The translations under genes and the position numbers were made by a program. A stretch of DNA of 64,000 nucleotides from Solobacterium sp. (GTDB lineage Bacteria > Bacillota_I > Bacilli_A > Erysipelotrichales > Erysipelotrichaceae), in the NCBI GenBank assembly GCA_017459725.1, contig JAFUCL010000103.1:67-64066 (forward strand), read 5' to 3'. Positions 39,104 to 48,307 of this stretch are shown in pieces; position 1 is the stretch's first letter, and every line of letters begins with the position of its first letter. Below the pieces are notes generated by a model. That model was not told where the DNA came from. It did not search any database and saw only the letters and a list, made by a program, of their open reading frames with translations.

Positions 39104-40201
39104 ATGGGGAATTTTCTCAAAAAGAACTGGTTCGTGGCCCTTCTGGCTGTGATATTTGCAGGGATCAGCTGCTTTTATATCTACGACACGAACAAAGGAA
39201 AACTCAAAGGTAAAAAAGCCGACGGACAGGACGTTGTATACTCTGTCGCCGGTCAGGATGTCACCGCATCCGAATTCTACGGAGAACTGTATGACCAGGG
39301 CGGCATCACAGCACTGGCAAACATCGTTGCTCAGCAGACTGCTGAACAGACGGTAACGGCAACTGATGAAATGAAGGAACAGGCAAAGACACAGGCTGAA
39401 AACCTGATTGCTTCCTATCAGAACTACTACGGCAGCACTTACCGTGAAGCACTCGACCAGGCTATGAAGTCAGTCGGATACACCGGACATGAAGATGTTG
39501 AGAAGTACATGCTGAACATGCTGAAGCAGCAGCAGCTGACCAAAGATTATGCGATGAACAACTTCGATGATCTCAAGATCCGCAGCATCTCCTACTTGCT
39601 GATCCAGTTTGATGATGTACCGCACACGATGGAAGAAGCGACCGACGCTGAAAAAGCAAGAATCAAGGCAGTTGATGATGCCTTCAAAGCCGGTGAAGAT
39701 TTCCGCACAATTGCGGCGAACAACTCACAGGATACTTCCACTGCTCCCAAGGGCGGTCTGCTCGGCACAGTCGATAAGAACACAACAGGACTTGATGCAG
39801 CATTCCTCGAAGCTGCCCTCGCCCTCAATGAAGGCGAAGTCAGTGACTGGGTATACTCAAACAGCTTCGGCTGGTTCCGCATCAAGTGCAATGCAAGCAC
39901 GAAAGATTCCCTGCAGACATTCGCTGATGAACAGGCTCTCTACGAAGCAAGAGCCGCTGCTGAAAAAGCTGCGGCTGCGGCTGCCGGTGAAGGCAAGGAA
40001 CCTGAACCTGTCAACGATGAGGATCTGACGGTAACACCGATTGATCCGCTGAATTCCCTTGTAGCAACATATGACCAGACACTTACTTCAAAGGCAGTCT
40101 TTGAAAAAGCGCAGGAGCTCGGCATTACGTATCATGACGACGAACTTCTGGAAGGACAGCTCAAGGCAGTATTCGGGCTGACCGAGGATCAGGAGGGCTG
40201 A
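39104..40201 (+). CDS. PrsA-like foldase with parvulin domain and N-terminal TM anchor
   Basis: FRTIAANNSQDTSTAPKGGLLG and EGEVSDWVYSNSFG parvulin pattern; SurA-like N-domain. Confidence 0.75.
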   Translation: MGNFLKKNWFVALLAVIFAGISCFYIYDTNKGKLKGKKADGQDVVYSVAGQDVTASEFYGELYDQGGITALANIVAQQTAEQTVTATDEMKEQAKTQAENLIASYQNYYGSTYREALDQAMKSVGYTGHEDVEKYMLNMLKQQQLTKDYAMNNFDDLKIRSISYLLIQFDDVPHTMEEATDAEKARIKAVDDAFKAGEDFRTIAANNSQDTSTAPKGGLLGTVDKNTTGLDAAFLEAALALNEGEVSDWVYSNSFGWFRIKCNASTKDSLQTFADEQALYEARAAAEKAAAAAAGEGKEPEPVNDEDLTVTPIDPLNSLVATYDQTLTSKAVFEKAQELGITYHDDELLEGQLKAVFGLTEDQEG

Positions 40202-40203
40202 AA

Positions 40204-41121
40204 ATGAAACGGATGATTAAGATGCTGGCGGCTGCAGTTATTGCACTGAGTGCCGCAGGATGCAGTGATGCGGTTGCTTCACTGAAGGAAAAGAACGATA
40301 AAGTCATTACAATCGGCAACCACACGGTTACCAAAGGTGATCTCTATGCAAATCTGCGTGATACATACGGCGGTGATGTAGCCATCGACAAAGCAAAGAG
40401 ACGCATTGCTTCTCAGGAAGTTGAAACAACTGACGAAATCAAGAACAAAGCACAGGAATATGTCGATTCAATGAAGAAGTATTACGGGGACGATTTTGAA
40501 TCCGTGATGGCTGAAAGCGGCGGCTCCGAAGAGGAAATGCTGAACACCTACATTGAGACACTTAAAGTCGAAAAGCTGACTTCCACCTACATCGAAGACA
40601 ACTTCGATCTGGTATGCGAGAAGTACAAGCCTGTCAAAGCCATTGTTCTCACCTTCACGGATCTGAACAATGCGGCATACTGCCAGAGAGCCCTCTCCAC
40701 CAAGGTTCTGACGGTTGAAGAAGCAGCCAAGGAATACGGTGCAGGATCCTCCTCACAGGCACAGTTCTTCACCATTGACTCCACGACATATGATGCGGAA
40801 GCAAGATCCATCATCATGAGCAACACTCCGGAAGATGACTGGGCACTGACATCCAGCCTGGACGGCAATACACACTATGTCATCCACGTTGAATCCAACA
40901 CCCCTTCCGAATTCAAGGATGATGTCGTTCAGCAGATGACGATCAACGGCAGCGTTGAAGAAGACTGCACGAAGTACTATTTCGCAAATCACAATTTCCA
41001 CGTATACGACAAGTTCATCTTCGATCAGATTCAGGAAAATGCTTCCTACGCTCTGGTCCAGGTACCAGCTCCGGCTGAGGAAACAGCAGAACCCGCCCCA
41101 ACTGAAGCAGCAGGCAATTAA
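40204..41121 (+). CDS. Second, more divergent PrsA/SurA-like lipoprotein
   Basis: Lipobox LSAAGC; ITIGNHTVTKGDLY resembles a PrsA N-terminus; parvulin motifs largely eroded. Confidence 0.55.
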   Translation: MKRMIKMLAAAVIALSAAGCSDAVASLKEKNDKVITIGNHTVTKGDLYANLRDTYGGDVAIDKAKRRIASQEVETTDEIKNKAQEYVDSMKKYYGDDFESVMAESGGSEEEMLNTYIETLKVEKLTSTYIEDNFDLVCEKYKPVKAIVLTFTDLNNAAYCQRALSTKVLTVEEAAKEYGAGSSSQAQFFTIDSTTYDAEARSIIMSNTPEDDWALTSSLDGNTHYVIHVESNTPSEFKDDVVQQMTINGSVEEDCTKYYFANHNFHVYDKFIFDQIQENASYALVQVPAPAEETAEPAPTEAAGN

Positions 41122-41128
41122 CAGATTT

Positions 41129-41160
41129 GGAATCTTTCTCCGGGAAGATTCCTTTCTTTT
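41129..41160 (+). terminator. Intrinsic terminator
   Basis: GGAATCTT...AAGATTCC stem followed by TTTCTTTT. Confidence 0.75.
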
Positions 41161-41200
41161 GCGTATTCTTCTATAATTGAACGCGGAGGTACTACTGAAT

Positions 41201-41593
41201 ATGTGCATTTTCTGTGATATCATTGCCGGCACGATTCCTTCCCGCAAAGTCTACGAGGACGATAACGTACTGGCCATTCTGGATGTAAATCCCCTGTCCA
41301 AAGGACATACTCTCATTCTTCCAAAGAAGCACACGGACAGCTTCCTGACAGCTGATGCCGAAACCGTGCAGAACCTTGCCGCATGTGCTCATGAACTTGC
41401 TGTTAAGATCACCGAACGTACAGGCGCTGACGGCTGCAACATTCTGACCAACTGCGGCGAAGCAGCCGGACAGTCCGTCTCCCACCTGCATGTCCATATC
41501 ATTCCCCGCTACAATGGTGACAGTGCAGTATCATTCGAACACGCTGCTGACAGTACGGATCCCGATGAAGTTCTGAAGCTTCTCACCAAATAG
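41201..41593 (+). CDS. HIT family nucleotide hydrolase
   Basis: CIFCDI, GHTLILPK, HLHVHIIP; GGAGGT RBS before ATG 41201. Confidence 0.93.
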   Translation: MCIFCDIIAGTIPSRKVYEDDNVLAILDVNPLSKGHTLILPKKHTDSFLTADAETVQNLAACAHELAVKITERTGADGCNILTNCGEAAGQSVSHLHVHIIPRYNGDSAVSFEHAADSTDPDEVLKLLTK

Positions 41594-41622
41594 AAAAACA
41601 GCCTGCCGGCTGTTTTCTTTTT
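41594..41622. terminator. Bidirectional terminator between HIT and gatD
   Basis: AAAACAGCC-TGCC-GGCTGTTTT. Confidence 0.8.
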
Positions 41623-41626
41623 GTCT

Positions 41627-42361
41627 TCACTGTACACGCAGACGTTTCAGCATGACTTCCCTGGCTTTGTTTTCCAGCGTATCATCCAGGGCTTCAAGCT
41701 CCGTCTCACCGTATCTCTTCTTCAGTGCCCTCTTGATCACCAGATCAGCGATTTGCGGATTCTTGGGAAGCAGCGGTCCGTGCATGTAGGTTGCCAGAAC
41801 CGTATCGTTCACAAACCCCTCAAAACCGCCGTTATACGTGTTTCCGTGCCCTTTGAGCACTTTGCCCAGGGGTGAGCTTACGTTCTTCGTCTGACCGCCG
41901 TGGTTCTCAAAACCGACCGCATTGAACGTGCATCCGTCCATATGAACCTGCACGGCTATATTGCCGATACAGCGGTGATCCCTGGTGGTTGCCTCGGTAT
42001 AGTAATCAAAGAAGCCGAGACCGTCGATGACTTTTCCATCCTGGTCTTTATAGTACTGACCAAACAGCTGGTAGCCTCCGCAGATCAGCAGAAAGGCCGT
42101 CCCTTCCGCAAGAGCCTGCGCAATGTTGCCTCGGCGGCTTAACAGATCCTCATAGATCAGGGTCTGTTCATGATCGGCACCGCCGCCCAGAAAGAACAGA
42201 TCATAATCCGTCGCATCTGCCGGTTCCCCGATCGTACATGCCGTAACACTGCAGCGGATGCCCCGCCGTTCCGTCCTGGTCTTCAGAACCTGTATATTGC
42301 CTTTATCGCCGTACAGGTCCATCAGATCATGATACATCCAGAGTATATTCAGTTCCTTCAT
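41627..42361 (-). CDS. gatD: Lipid II isoglutaminyl synthase, glutaminase subunit
   Basis: YGDKGN, GGGAD, ICGGYQLFG, GFENHGG, YMHGPLLPKN; coupled to murT. Confidence 0.92.
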   Translation of the reverse strand: MKELNILWMYHDLMDLYGDKGNIQVLKTRTERRGIRCSVTACTIGEPADATDYDLFFLGGGADHEQTLIYEDLLSRRGNIAQALAEGTAFLLICGGYQLFGQYYKDQDGKVIDGLGFFDYYTEATTRDHRCIGNIAVQVHMDGCTFNAVGFENHGGQTKNVSSPLGKVLKGHGNTYNGGFEGFVNDTVLATYMHGPLLPKNPQIADLVIKRALKKRYGETELEALDDTLENKAREVMLKRLRVQ

Positions 42362-43668
42362 TTCGCTGCCTGCCTCCGCAGAATCGCACGGGTCGAATGC
42401 AGCGCCGTGTAGGTTGCCATGACAAAGCTGTTCATATCCGCTTCATCCAGCCACTTCACCGCTTCCGCCGCATCCTCGATCACTTTGATTCTGTCTTCCA
42501 GTCCTTCGTATTTCAGACGCAGAGCCATATCATACGCCCGGGTGCCGCTGCAGATGATTGTCTTAGTCGCAGGTGAATCAAGCCGTTCAAAATGCGCATC
42601 CCAGATCCAGGAAACATCATGTCCGTCCTGGTCGTTGTCATTCAGCAGGATGCATATATTCTTATCCTCGGGTCTCGACATGATGTCCTTCATGACTTCA
42701 TTGGCACCGGTCGGATTCTTGATCAGATTGATTTCACACGGTTTGGAGAGTTCAAAGCATTCATGCCTGCCCTCATTCAGCACATAATCACTGAACACCC
42801 TGTCAGCGGCTTCCGGATCAAGACCGAGCGCCTTCATGACCGTCAGGACTGCCGCACAGTTGTATATCATGTAAATGGCATTCACGAACGAATGGAAGCG
42901 CCTGCCTCCGCACGTAAACGTACCGGTCGTATAATCCACGGAATCAACCAGGATCTCCGGCTCGATTGCACCGAAATGATCCTCCGGACATTCAAACCGG
43001 CCGATATGCGAATACTGGTAATACCGGTACTGCAGAGGTCTGCCGCACCGGGGACAGAATTTGCCTTCACTGGCTTCATCCGTATGTTCACGGCTTACCG
43101 CATTCTCGCCTACAGAGTAAAGATGTATGCGTGCTTTCTTCGCATGGTCGGCAATACGCAGCACATTGGGATCATCCCCGTTCAGGATCAGATCACCTTC
43201 AAAATCTTCGGTCACTTCAATGATCTTCCGGATGATGGTTTCCATCTCTCCGGCTCTGTCAAGCTGATCACGGAAGAAGTTGTTGACGACAAGTGCGGAG
43301 GGATGCAGGTTTTTGAACTGTCTGTACAGGGTCAGCTCATCGACCTCAATGACACAGGCATCTGCCTGAATATTGTATGAACCGTCACTGCCCCCTGCCA
43401 GCAGCGACGCAATCCCGACATTCAGATTATCGCCGCGGTGGTTGTTCAGCACCGTCATGCCGCTTTGCCGCAGGGATTCCGCAATCAGATTCGAGGTTGT
43501 CGTCTTTCCGTTTGTGCCGGTCACCAGAATCACGGTTGCGGGCATTTTGAAACGGCTGATGAAGTTACGGTCCATCAGCAGTCCCAGCTGGCCGGGAAAG
43601 GAACCGCCCCTGCCGCTTCTCTGCAGAATCTTCTGTACTGTTTTAACGATCTGTAATCTTATACCCAT
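42358..43668 (-). CDS. murT: Lipid II isoglutaminyl synthase, Mur-ligase-like subunit
   Basis: VTGTNGKTTT, EVDE, FRDQLDRAGE, zinc knuckle CPRC..C, LIKNPTG, DGHDVSWIWD. Confidence 0.92.
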   Translation of the reverse strand: MGIRLQIVKTVQKILQRSGRGGSFPGQLGLLMDRNFISRFKMPATVILVTGTNGKTTTSNLIAESLRQSGMTVLNNHRGDNLNVGIASLLAGGSDGSYNIQADACVIEVDELTLYRQFKNLHPSALVVNNFFRDQLDRAGEMETIIRKIIEVTEDFEGDLILNGDDPNVLRIADHAKKARIHLYSVGENAVSREHTDEASEGKFCPRCGRPLQYRYYQYSHIGRFECPEDHFGAIEPEILVDSVDYTTGTFTCGGRRFHSFVNAIYMIYNCAAVLTVMKALGLDPEAADRVFSDYVLNEGRHECFELSKPCEINLIKNPTGANEVMKDIMSRPEDKNICILLNDNDQDGHDVSWIWDAHFERLDSPATKTIICSGTRAYDMALRLKYEGLEDRIKVIEDAAEAVKWLDEADMNSFVMATYTALHSTRAILRRQAAK

Positions 43669-43670
43669 AG

Positions 43671-44606
43671 TCAGATTTTCGGCTTGTAGAACTGCCGGCC
43701 TTCCATAGAAAACATCTTGGATGTCCAGGCGCCTTCCGCAACCCCTGCAAGAGCTGTTTTCAGCGTATTGAGTCTGGCATCCATATTGTCAATCAGAAAC
43801 AGCACTTCGGCTTCCTGCAGGGCCGGAAGAACCGGAGAACCGTATTCCTGTTTGCCGTGATGGCTGAGCACCATATGTCTCAGCAGGATTGCTTCTTCAC
43901 TGTCCGCAAGACCTGTTTCAGCTGCGGTTTCCATCAGCCAGCCGTGGCAGATGGAAATATGTCCGGTCAGTCTTCCCTCTTCCGTATATTCGGAGGATAC
44001 AAGCCCGCCCAGCTCAACTGTTTTGCCCATATCATGAATCAGAATACCGGAGATCAGAAGATCACGGTTCAGCTGCGGATACAGCTCGCAGATTGCTTCG
44101 GCAAGTGCAGCCATACCGAGAGTATGCTCTGCCAGACCGCCGAGATAGCTGTGATGGATCCGGGAAGCTGCCGGATATGCATAGAAGCGCTTCTCCACCC
44201 GTTCCAGCATGGCGCTGACAAGTGTTCTGAGATTGGCATTCTGCAGGGAATCAATCTTCTGCATCATGCGGCTGCGCAGCTCTTCTTCGGTATATACGGA
44301 AGCCTGCAGGTATTCATTCATGCGGATGCTTTTCTGATCAAGCGGAACAATGCTGTTGACGCGCAGCTGCAGGGCATGGTTGTATTCGAGCACTTCGAAA
44401 TTCAGCTCTGCCACCGTACCGGCAACCGCATTCTCCATATCTTCAGGCTTGGCATCCCAGAACTTTCCGTCAATGGTACCCGAATTGTCCTGCAGGATCA
44501 GATTCAGATACGGAGAACCTTTGGAAGTCGTTCCCTTGGTGCAGCTCTTGATCAGAAGAGGCTGTCTGAGCCTGTCTTTTTCCTTCAGATCTTTGATTTT
44601 AGTCAT
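43671..44606 (-). CDS. yhaM: 3'-5' exoribonuclease YhaM (OB + HD domain)
   Basis: PAASRIHH..GGL.EH, HDMGK, LSHHG..YGSP..P...EA..L..IDNMDA; start MTKIK after GGAG. Confidence 0.88.
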   Translation of the reverse strand: MTKIKDLKEKDRLRQPLLIKSCTKGTTSKGSPYLNLILQDNSGTIDGKFWDAKPEDMENAVAGTVAELNFEVLEYNHALQLRVNSIVPLDQKSIRMNEYLQASVYTEEELRSRMMQKIDSLQNANLRTLVSAMLERVEKRFYAYPAASRIHHSYLGGLAEHTLGMAALAEAICELYPQLNRDLLISGILIHDMGKTVELGGLVSSEYTEEGRLTGHISICHGWLMETAAETGLADSEEAILLRHMVLSHHGKQEYGSPVLPALQEAEVLFLIDNMDARLNTLKTALAGVAEGAWTSKMFSMEGRQFYKPKI

Positions 44607-46587
44607 TTTCCCACTCCATTTCATCAAGCATCGCATAGATTTCCTCGGAAGGATATCCCTGCGACATGCAGTATCTGTATACGGCATTTCTGAGATCTCT
44701 GCCTGAATGCTTGTGCATATAGCGTTTCTTTGCTTTGTTTGCACAGTTTCTCAGATTCTCCGTTTCCGTCAGTTCATCCGCCGCATAATCAAGCGAAGCC
44801 ACGGCATTTCTGGCCGTATCGGCAGAATAACCCTTCTGGATCAGCTTGTTCTCAAGCTTTTTCTTCTTCATCCGCACCGATTCATTGCGTACGGAATTCT
44901 GCACACGGACCGCAAACTCTTTGGCATCACGGATTTCATCATGCGGATACTTCGCAATGGCAGTGTTGATTGTCTCTTCCGGAAGTCCCTTACGGCGCAG
45001 ATCCGCCGCAATGCGCTCTTCGCCGAACAGTGCAGCCTTCATACTGCCGACCGCACTTTCCGCATACCGCTGATCATCGATATACCCTTTGATTTCCAGT
45101 CTGCCGATGATCTCTTCAATGCTGTCTTCAGTAAGCTCGGTATGTTCCTGCAGCCAGTCATGCATCTCACGCCTTGTACGGTCCTTGACCGCAATACGCC
45201 TGATGCAGCTCTCATATGCCTTGACGCTTTCTTCACGCTTATGCAGGTCGGCGATCTGTGTATCGCTGATGCGGGTGCCGCGCTTGAGTCCCTTGCTGTA
45301 GTAATCGTCCAGGGATACCGTCACACGGTCCTCTTCACCGTCGATGCGCTTGAGGTACAGCTGCACGGAGTCTTCCCGCACTTTGATTTCCTCAATGGAT
45401 GCCATGTCATGACACAGCGCAATCGCATGCTTATACACTTCCTCGGCTCTTGCCGCAAAGGTATCGCTGCTGTAAGGAACAGTCTTTTCAAGACATGCCT
45501 TCTTCATCTTCGCCCGGCTCTCGGCATCCATGGCCGCAAATTCCGCAACGAGATCCGGGAAATCCTCCGCATCCCTGAAGAACCAGCCGGTTTCCTCCGG
45601 CACAAGAAGCTGATCGAGAACTTCATCCCGGCGTGCAAACAGCGGCAGACCGCTTGCCATAGCCTCTATAAACGTCATGCCCTGTGTTTCCGAAAGACTG
45701 GCCGATACAAAGGCATCCGCCGCCCTGTAGTAATCGGGAACCTGTGCGGAAGGCACCGGTCCGGCAAAATGCACCATATCCTGCAGTCCCAGCGAAACAG
45801 CCTTCTCCTTGAGTCCGTCAAGATCAGGTCCTCCTCCGACCACAAGGAACTGAACATCCGTTCCTCTTTTCTTCAGATTCGCAAACCCGTCAATGACAAG
45901 ATCCAGGGACTTCTCCTTGGCAATGCGGCCGACATAGATAATAAACAATGAATCACCGATCCCGTACTGGGCACGGATTTCCGCACTTCTTGCCGGATCC
46001 TCATGTTCCGGTGAGAAACGATCCAGCGGCAGACCGGTCGGCACAACAAAGATATCCGAACGCACGTTATATGACTTCAGCAGCTCCTTGGTCTTCTCAC
46101 TCGGCGCAATCACCGCTGCCGAAGAATCCCCGTACAGCTTCGACATATAGGAAACCGCACGCTTGGCATACGTATCCACGGTTGAGGAATGCAGCGGATT
46201 CACATAATGCGTATAATCCTCATAGGTGGTATGGTATGTGCTGACCAGCGGTATATCCAACTGCTTCGCACAGATGCGCGCAAAGATGCCGACACCAAAT
46301 TCCGTCTGCACATGAATAATATCCGGTTTCATCTTACGGATTTCATTCATGGCATGAATATGAAGCGGAAAAGTCACCACATATCCGTACAGAGCTTCAA
46401 GCTTGAAACCGTACAGATACAGGATACTGTGTGTCTCATCCCACTCCGCAGGACCCGAACCTTCCTTCGGGGCTACGACAAATACCTCATGACCGCGGCT
46501 GCGCAGAGCATCACAGAGAATGCTCGTACTGTTTGCCACACCGTTTATATCCGGCGGAAATGTATCACTGAATAATCCTATCCTCAT
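44599..46587 (-). CDS. GT4 glycosyltransferase (diacylglycerol glucosyltransferase-like) fused to RecX
   Basis: MRIGLFSDTFPPDINGVA, FVSASLSETQGMTFIEAMASG; C-terminal 270 aa with RecX repeats (YIDDQRYA, IAADLRRKG, KLIQKGY) in one frame. Confidence 0.88.
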   Translation of the reverse strand: MRIGLFSDTFPPDINGVANSTSILCDALRSRGHEVFVVAPKEGSGPAEWDETHSILYLYGFKLEALYGYVVTFPLHIHAMNEIRKMKPDIIHVQTEFGVGIFARICAKQLDIPLVSTYHTTYEDYTHYVNPLHSSTVDTYAKRAVSYMSKLYGDSSAAVIAPSEKTKELLKSYNVRSDIFVVPTGLPLDRFSPEHEDPARSAEIRAQYGIGDSLFIIYVGRIAKEKSLDLVIDGFANLKKRGTDVQFLVVGGGPDLDGLKEKAVSLGLQDMVHFAGPVPSAQVPDYYRAADAFVSASLSETQGMTFIEAMASGLPLFARRDEVLDQLLVPEETGWFFRDAEDFPDLVAEFAAMDAESRAKMKKACLEKTVPYSSDTFAARAEEVYKHAIALCHDMASIEEIKVREDSVQLYLKRIDGEEDRVTVSLDDYYSKGLKRGTRISDTQIADLHKREESVKAYESCIRRIAVKDRTRREMHDWLQEHTELTEDSIEEIIGRLEIKGYIDDQRYAESAVGSMKAALFGEERIAADLRRKGLPEETINTAIAKYPHDEIRDAKEFAVRVQNSVRNESVRMKKKKLENKLIQKGYSADTARNAVASLDYAADELTETENLRNCANKAKKRYMHKHSGRDLRNAVYRYCMSQGYPSEEIYAMLDEMEWEND

Positions 46588-46680
46588 GAAAACCTCCCCC
46601 CTATACACAAAAAAAGTATTACCTTACTATTATACTGTTTTATGAGGATTTATCCCCTCTCACTTGTCTGATTCACTGTG

Positions 46681-46710
46681 AAAAAAGAGAGCCTATTCAG
46701 CGGCTCTCTT
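46681..46710 (-). terminator. Intrinsic terminator overlapping the gmk paralog 2 stop
   Basis: AAGAGAGCC-GCTGAATA-GGCTCTCTT followed by T-run. Confidence 0.75.
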
Positions 46711-47271
46711 CTTCATTTCTTCCATTACGACGCTCTTGATCTGGGCGACTGCCTTCTCCGTATCATTGTTGTAAACAATGTTGTTGAACAGCGGCGCCAG
46801 GTCCATTTCCATTTTGGCTTTGCTGAGACGTCTTTCAACAGTTGCCTGATCATCGCCGTACAGACGGTTGATCTGATTTTCAAGTTCCTCGATGCTTTCC
46901 GGCATCACGAAGAATGCGATGGCGTCCGGGAGATTCAGCTTCAGCTGTCCGGTTCCCTGTGCTTCAACTTCAATAAGAACATTCTTGCCTTTGTTGATCA
47001 GGAACTCAACCTGTGCCTTCGGTGTACCGTAGTAGTAACCGTTGAACTCGGCATATTCGAGCAGTTCCTTGTCACGGACGGATTTTGCAAACTGTTTATG
47101 GCTGACAAAATAATAATCTTTGCCGTCTACTTCGCCTTCCTTCTGAGGCCTTGTCGTCTCGGAAATCGAATAGAACAGTTTCAGATCAGGATCGGCCAGC
47201 AGTGTGTCACGGATTGCGCCTTTGCCTACTGAACTCGCTCCTGTAAGGATAACAACAATACCTTTTGCCAT
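46693..47271 (-). CDS. gmk: Guanylate kinase (paralog 2, altered P-loop GASSVGKG)
   Basis: YSISETTRPQKEGEVDGKDYYFV, GYYYGTP, LIEVEAQG; GGAGG RBS before MAKG. Confidence 0.82.
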   Translation of the reverse strand: MAKGIVVILTGASSVGKGAIRDTLLADPDLKLFYSISETTRPQKEGEVDGKDYYFVSHKQFAKSVRDKELLEYAEFNGYYYGTPKAQVEFLINKGKNVLIEVEAQGTGQLKLNLPDAIAFFVMPESIEELENQINRLYGDDQATVERRLSKAKMEMDLAPLFNNIVYNNDTEKAVAQIKSVVMEEMKKRAAE

Positions 47272-47329
47272 ACATTCCTCCCTGTTTCCCAATTGTCTGT
47301 ATAAATACTTCCTACAGTTCTATTTTAGC

Positions 47330-48307
47330 TTATTTTTCGTAAAGCATGCAGGAAACAATACGGTTTCCGACCTGAATCGGCTTCGGTGTTTCTTTGTGGC
47401 AGCGTTCCGTAGCCTTCGGGCATCTTGTCGAGAACGGGCAGCCAGCCGGCGGATTGATCGGAGACGGGATTTCACCGCCGAGAACGATACGTGCCTTGGA
47501 TTTGGCAATATCGGGATCCGGAATCGGAATTGCGGAAAGCAGCGCGGTTGTGTAGGGATGCAGCGGTGAATGGTAAACATCGTTGCTGTCGCCCATTTCA
47601 ACCATATGACCGAGATACATAACACCGATCTTATCGGAGATATGCTTGACCATGCTCAGGTCATGCGCAATGAACAGATAGGAAAGCCCCATCTCCTTCT
47701 GGATACTTTCAAGCAGATTGACTACCTGCGCCTGGATGGAAACGTCAAGCGCGGAAATAGGTTCGTCACAGACAATGAACTTCGGATTAACGGCAAGCGC
47801 ACGCGCGATACCGATTCTCTGTCTCTGTCCGCCGGAGAATTCAGCCGGATATCTTCTGATATGGTCAGGCTTGAGACCGACGATCTTGAGCAGTTCAACG
47901 ACTCTGTCTTCACGTTCCTGATCGTTTGCGTAAATGTTATGGATGATCATCGGTTCCTTGACGATTTCACCGACAGTCATACGGGGGTTCAGGGATGCAT
48001 ACGGATCCTGGAAGATCATCTGCATATCCTTGCGGAAGGAAATCAGTTCCTTTCCCTTCAGCTTGGCAATGTCACGGCCTTCAAATTCAATGGAGCCGCC
48101 TGCCGGTTCATACAGTTTTACAATCGTACGTCCCAGCGTGGTTTTTCCGCAGCCGGACTCACCGACAAGTCCGAATGTCTCATTCGGCATAACGTCAAAC
48201 GAAACATCATCAACAGCTTTAACGATCTGCTTCTGGGCAAAGAGACCTTTGGTTACGTCAAAGTACGTCTTCAGATTGCGTACACGAAGGATTGGATTCT
48301 CGCTCAT
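47330..48307 (-). CDS. oppF: Oligopeptide/dipeptide ABC transporter ATP-binding protein (OppF-like)
   Basis: GESGCGKTT, FQDPYASLNPR, FSGGQRQRIGIARA, HPYT, PPAGCPF..RC. Confidence 0.92.
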   Translation of the reverse strand: MSENPILRVRNLKTYFDVTKGLFAQKQIVKAVDDVSFDVMPNETFGLVGESGCGKTTLGRTIVKLYEPAGGSIEFEGRDIAKLKGKELISFRKDMQMIFQDPYASLNPRMTVGEIVKEPMIIHNIYANDQEREDRVVELLKIVGLKPDHIRRYPAEFSGGQRQRIGIARALAVNPKFIVCDEPISALDVSIQAQVVNLLESIQKEMGLSYLFIAHDLSMVKHISDKIGVMYLGHMVEMGDSNDVYHSPLHPYTTALLSAIPIPDPDIAKSKARIVLGGEIPSPINPPAGCPFSTRCPKATERCHKETPKPIQVGNRIVSCMLYEK

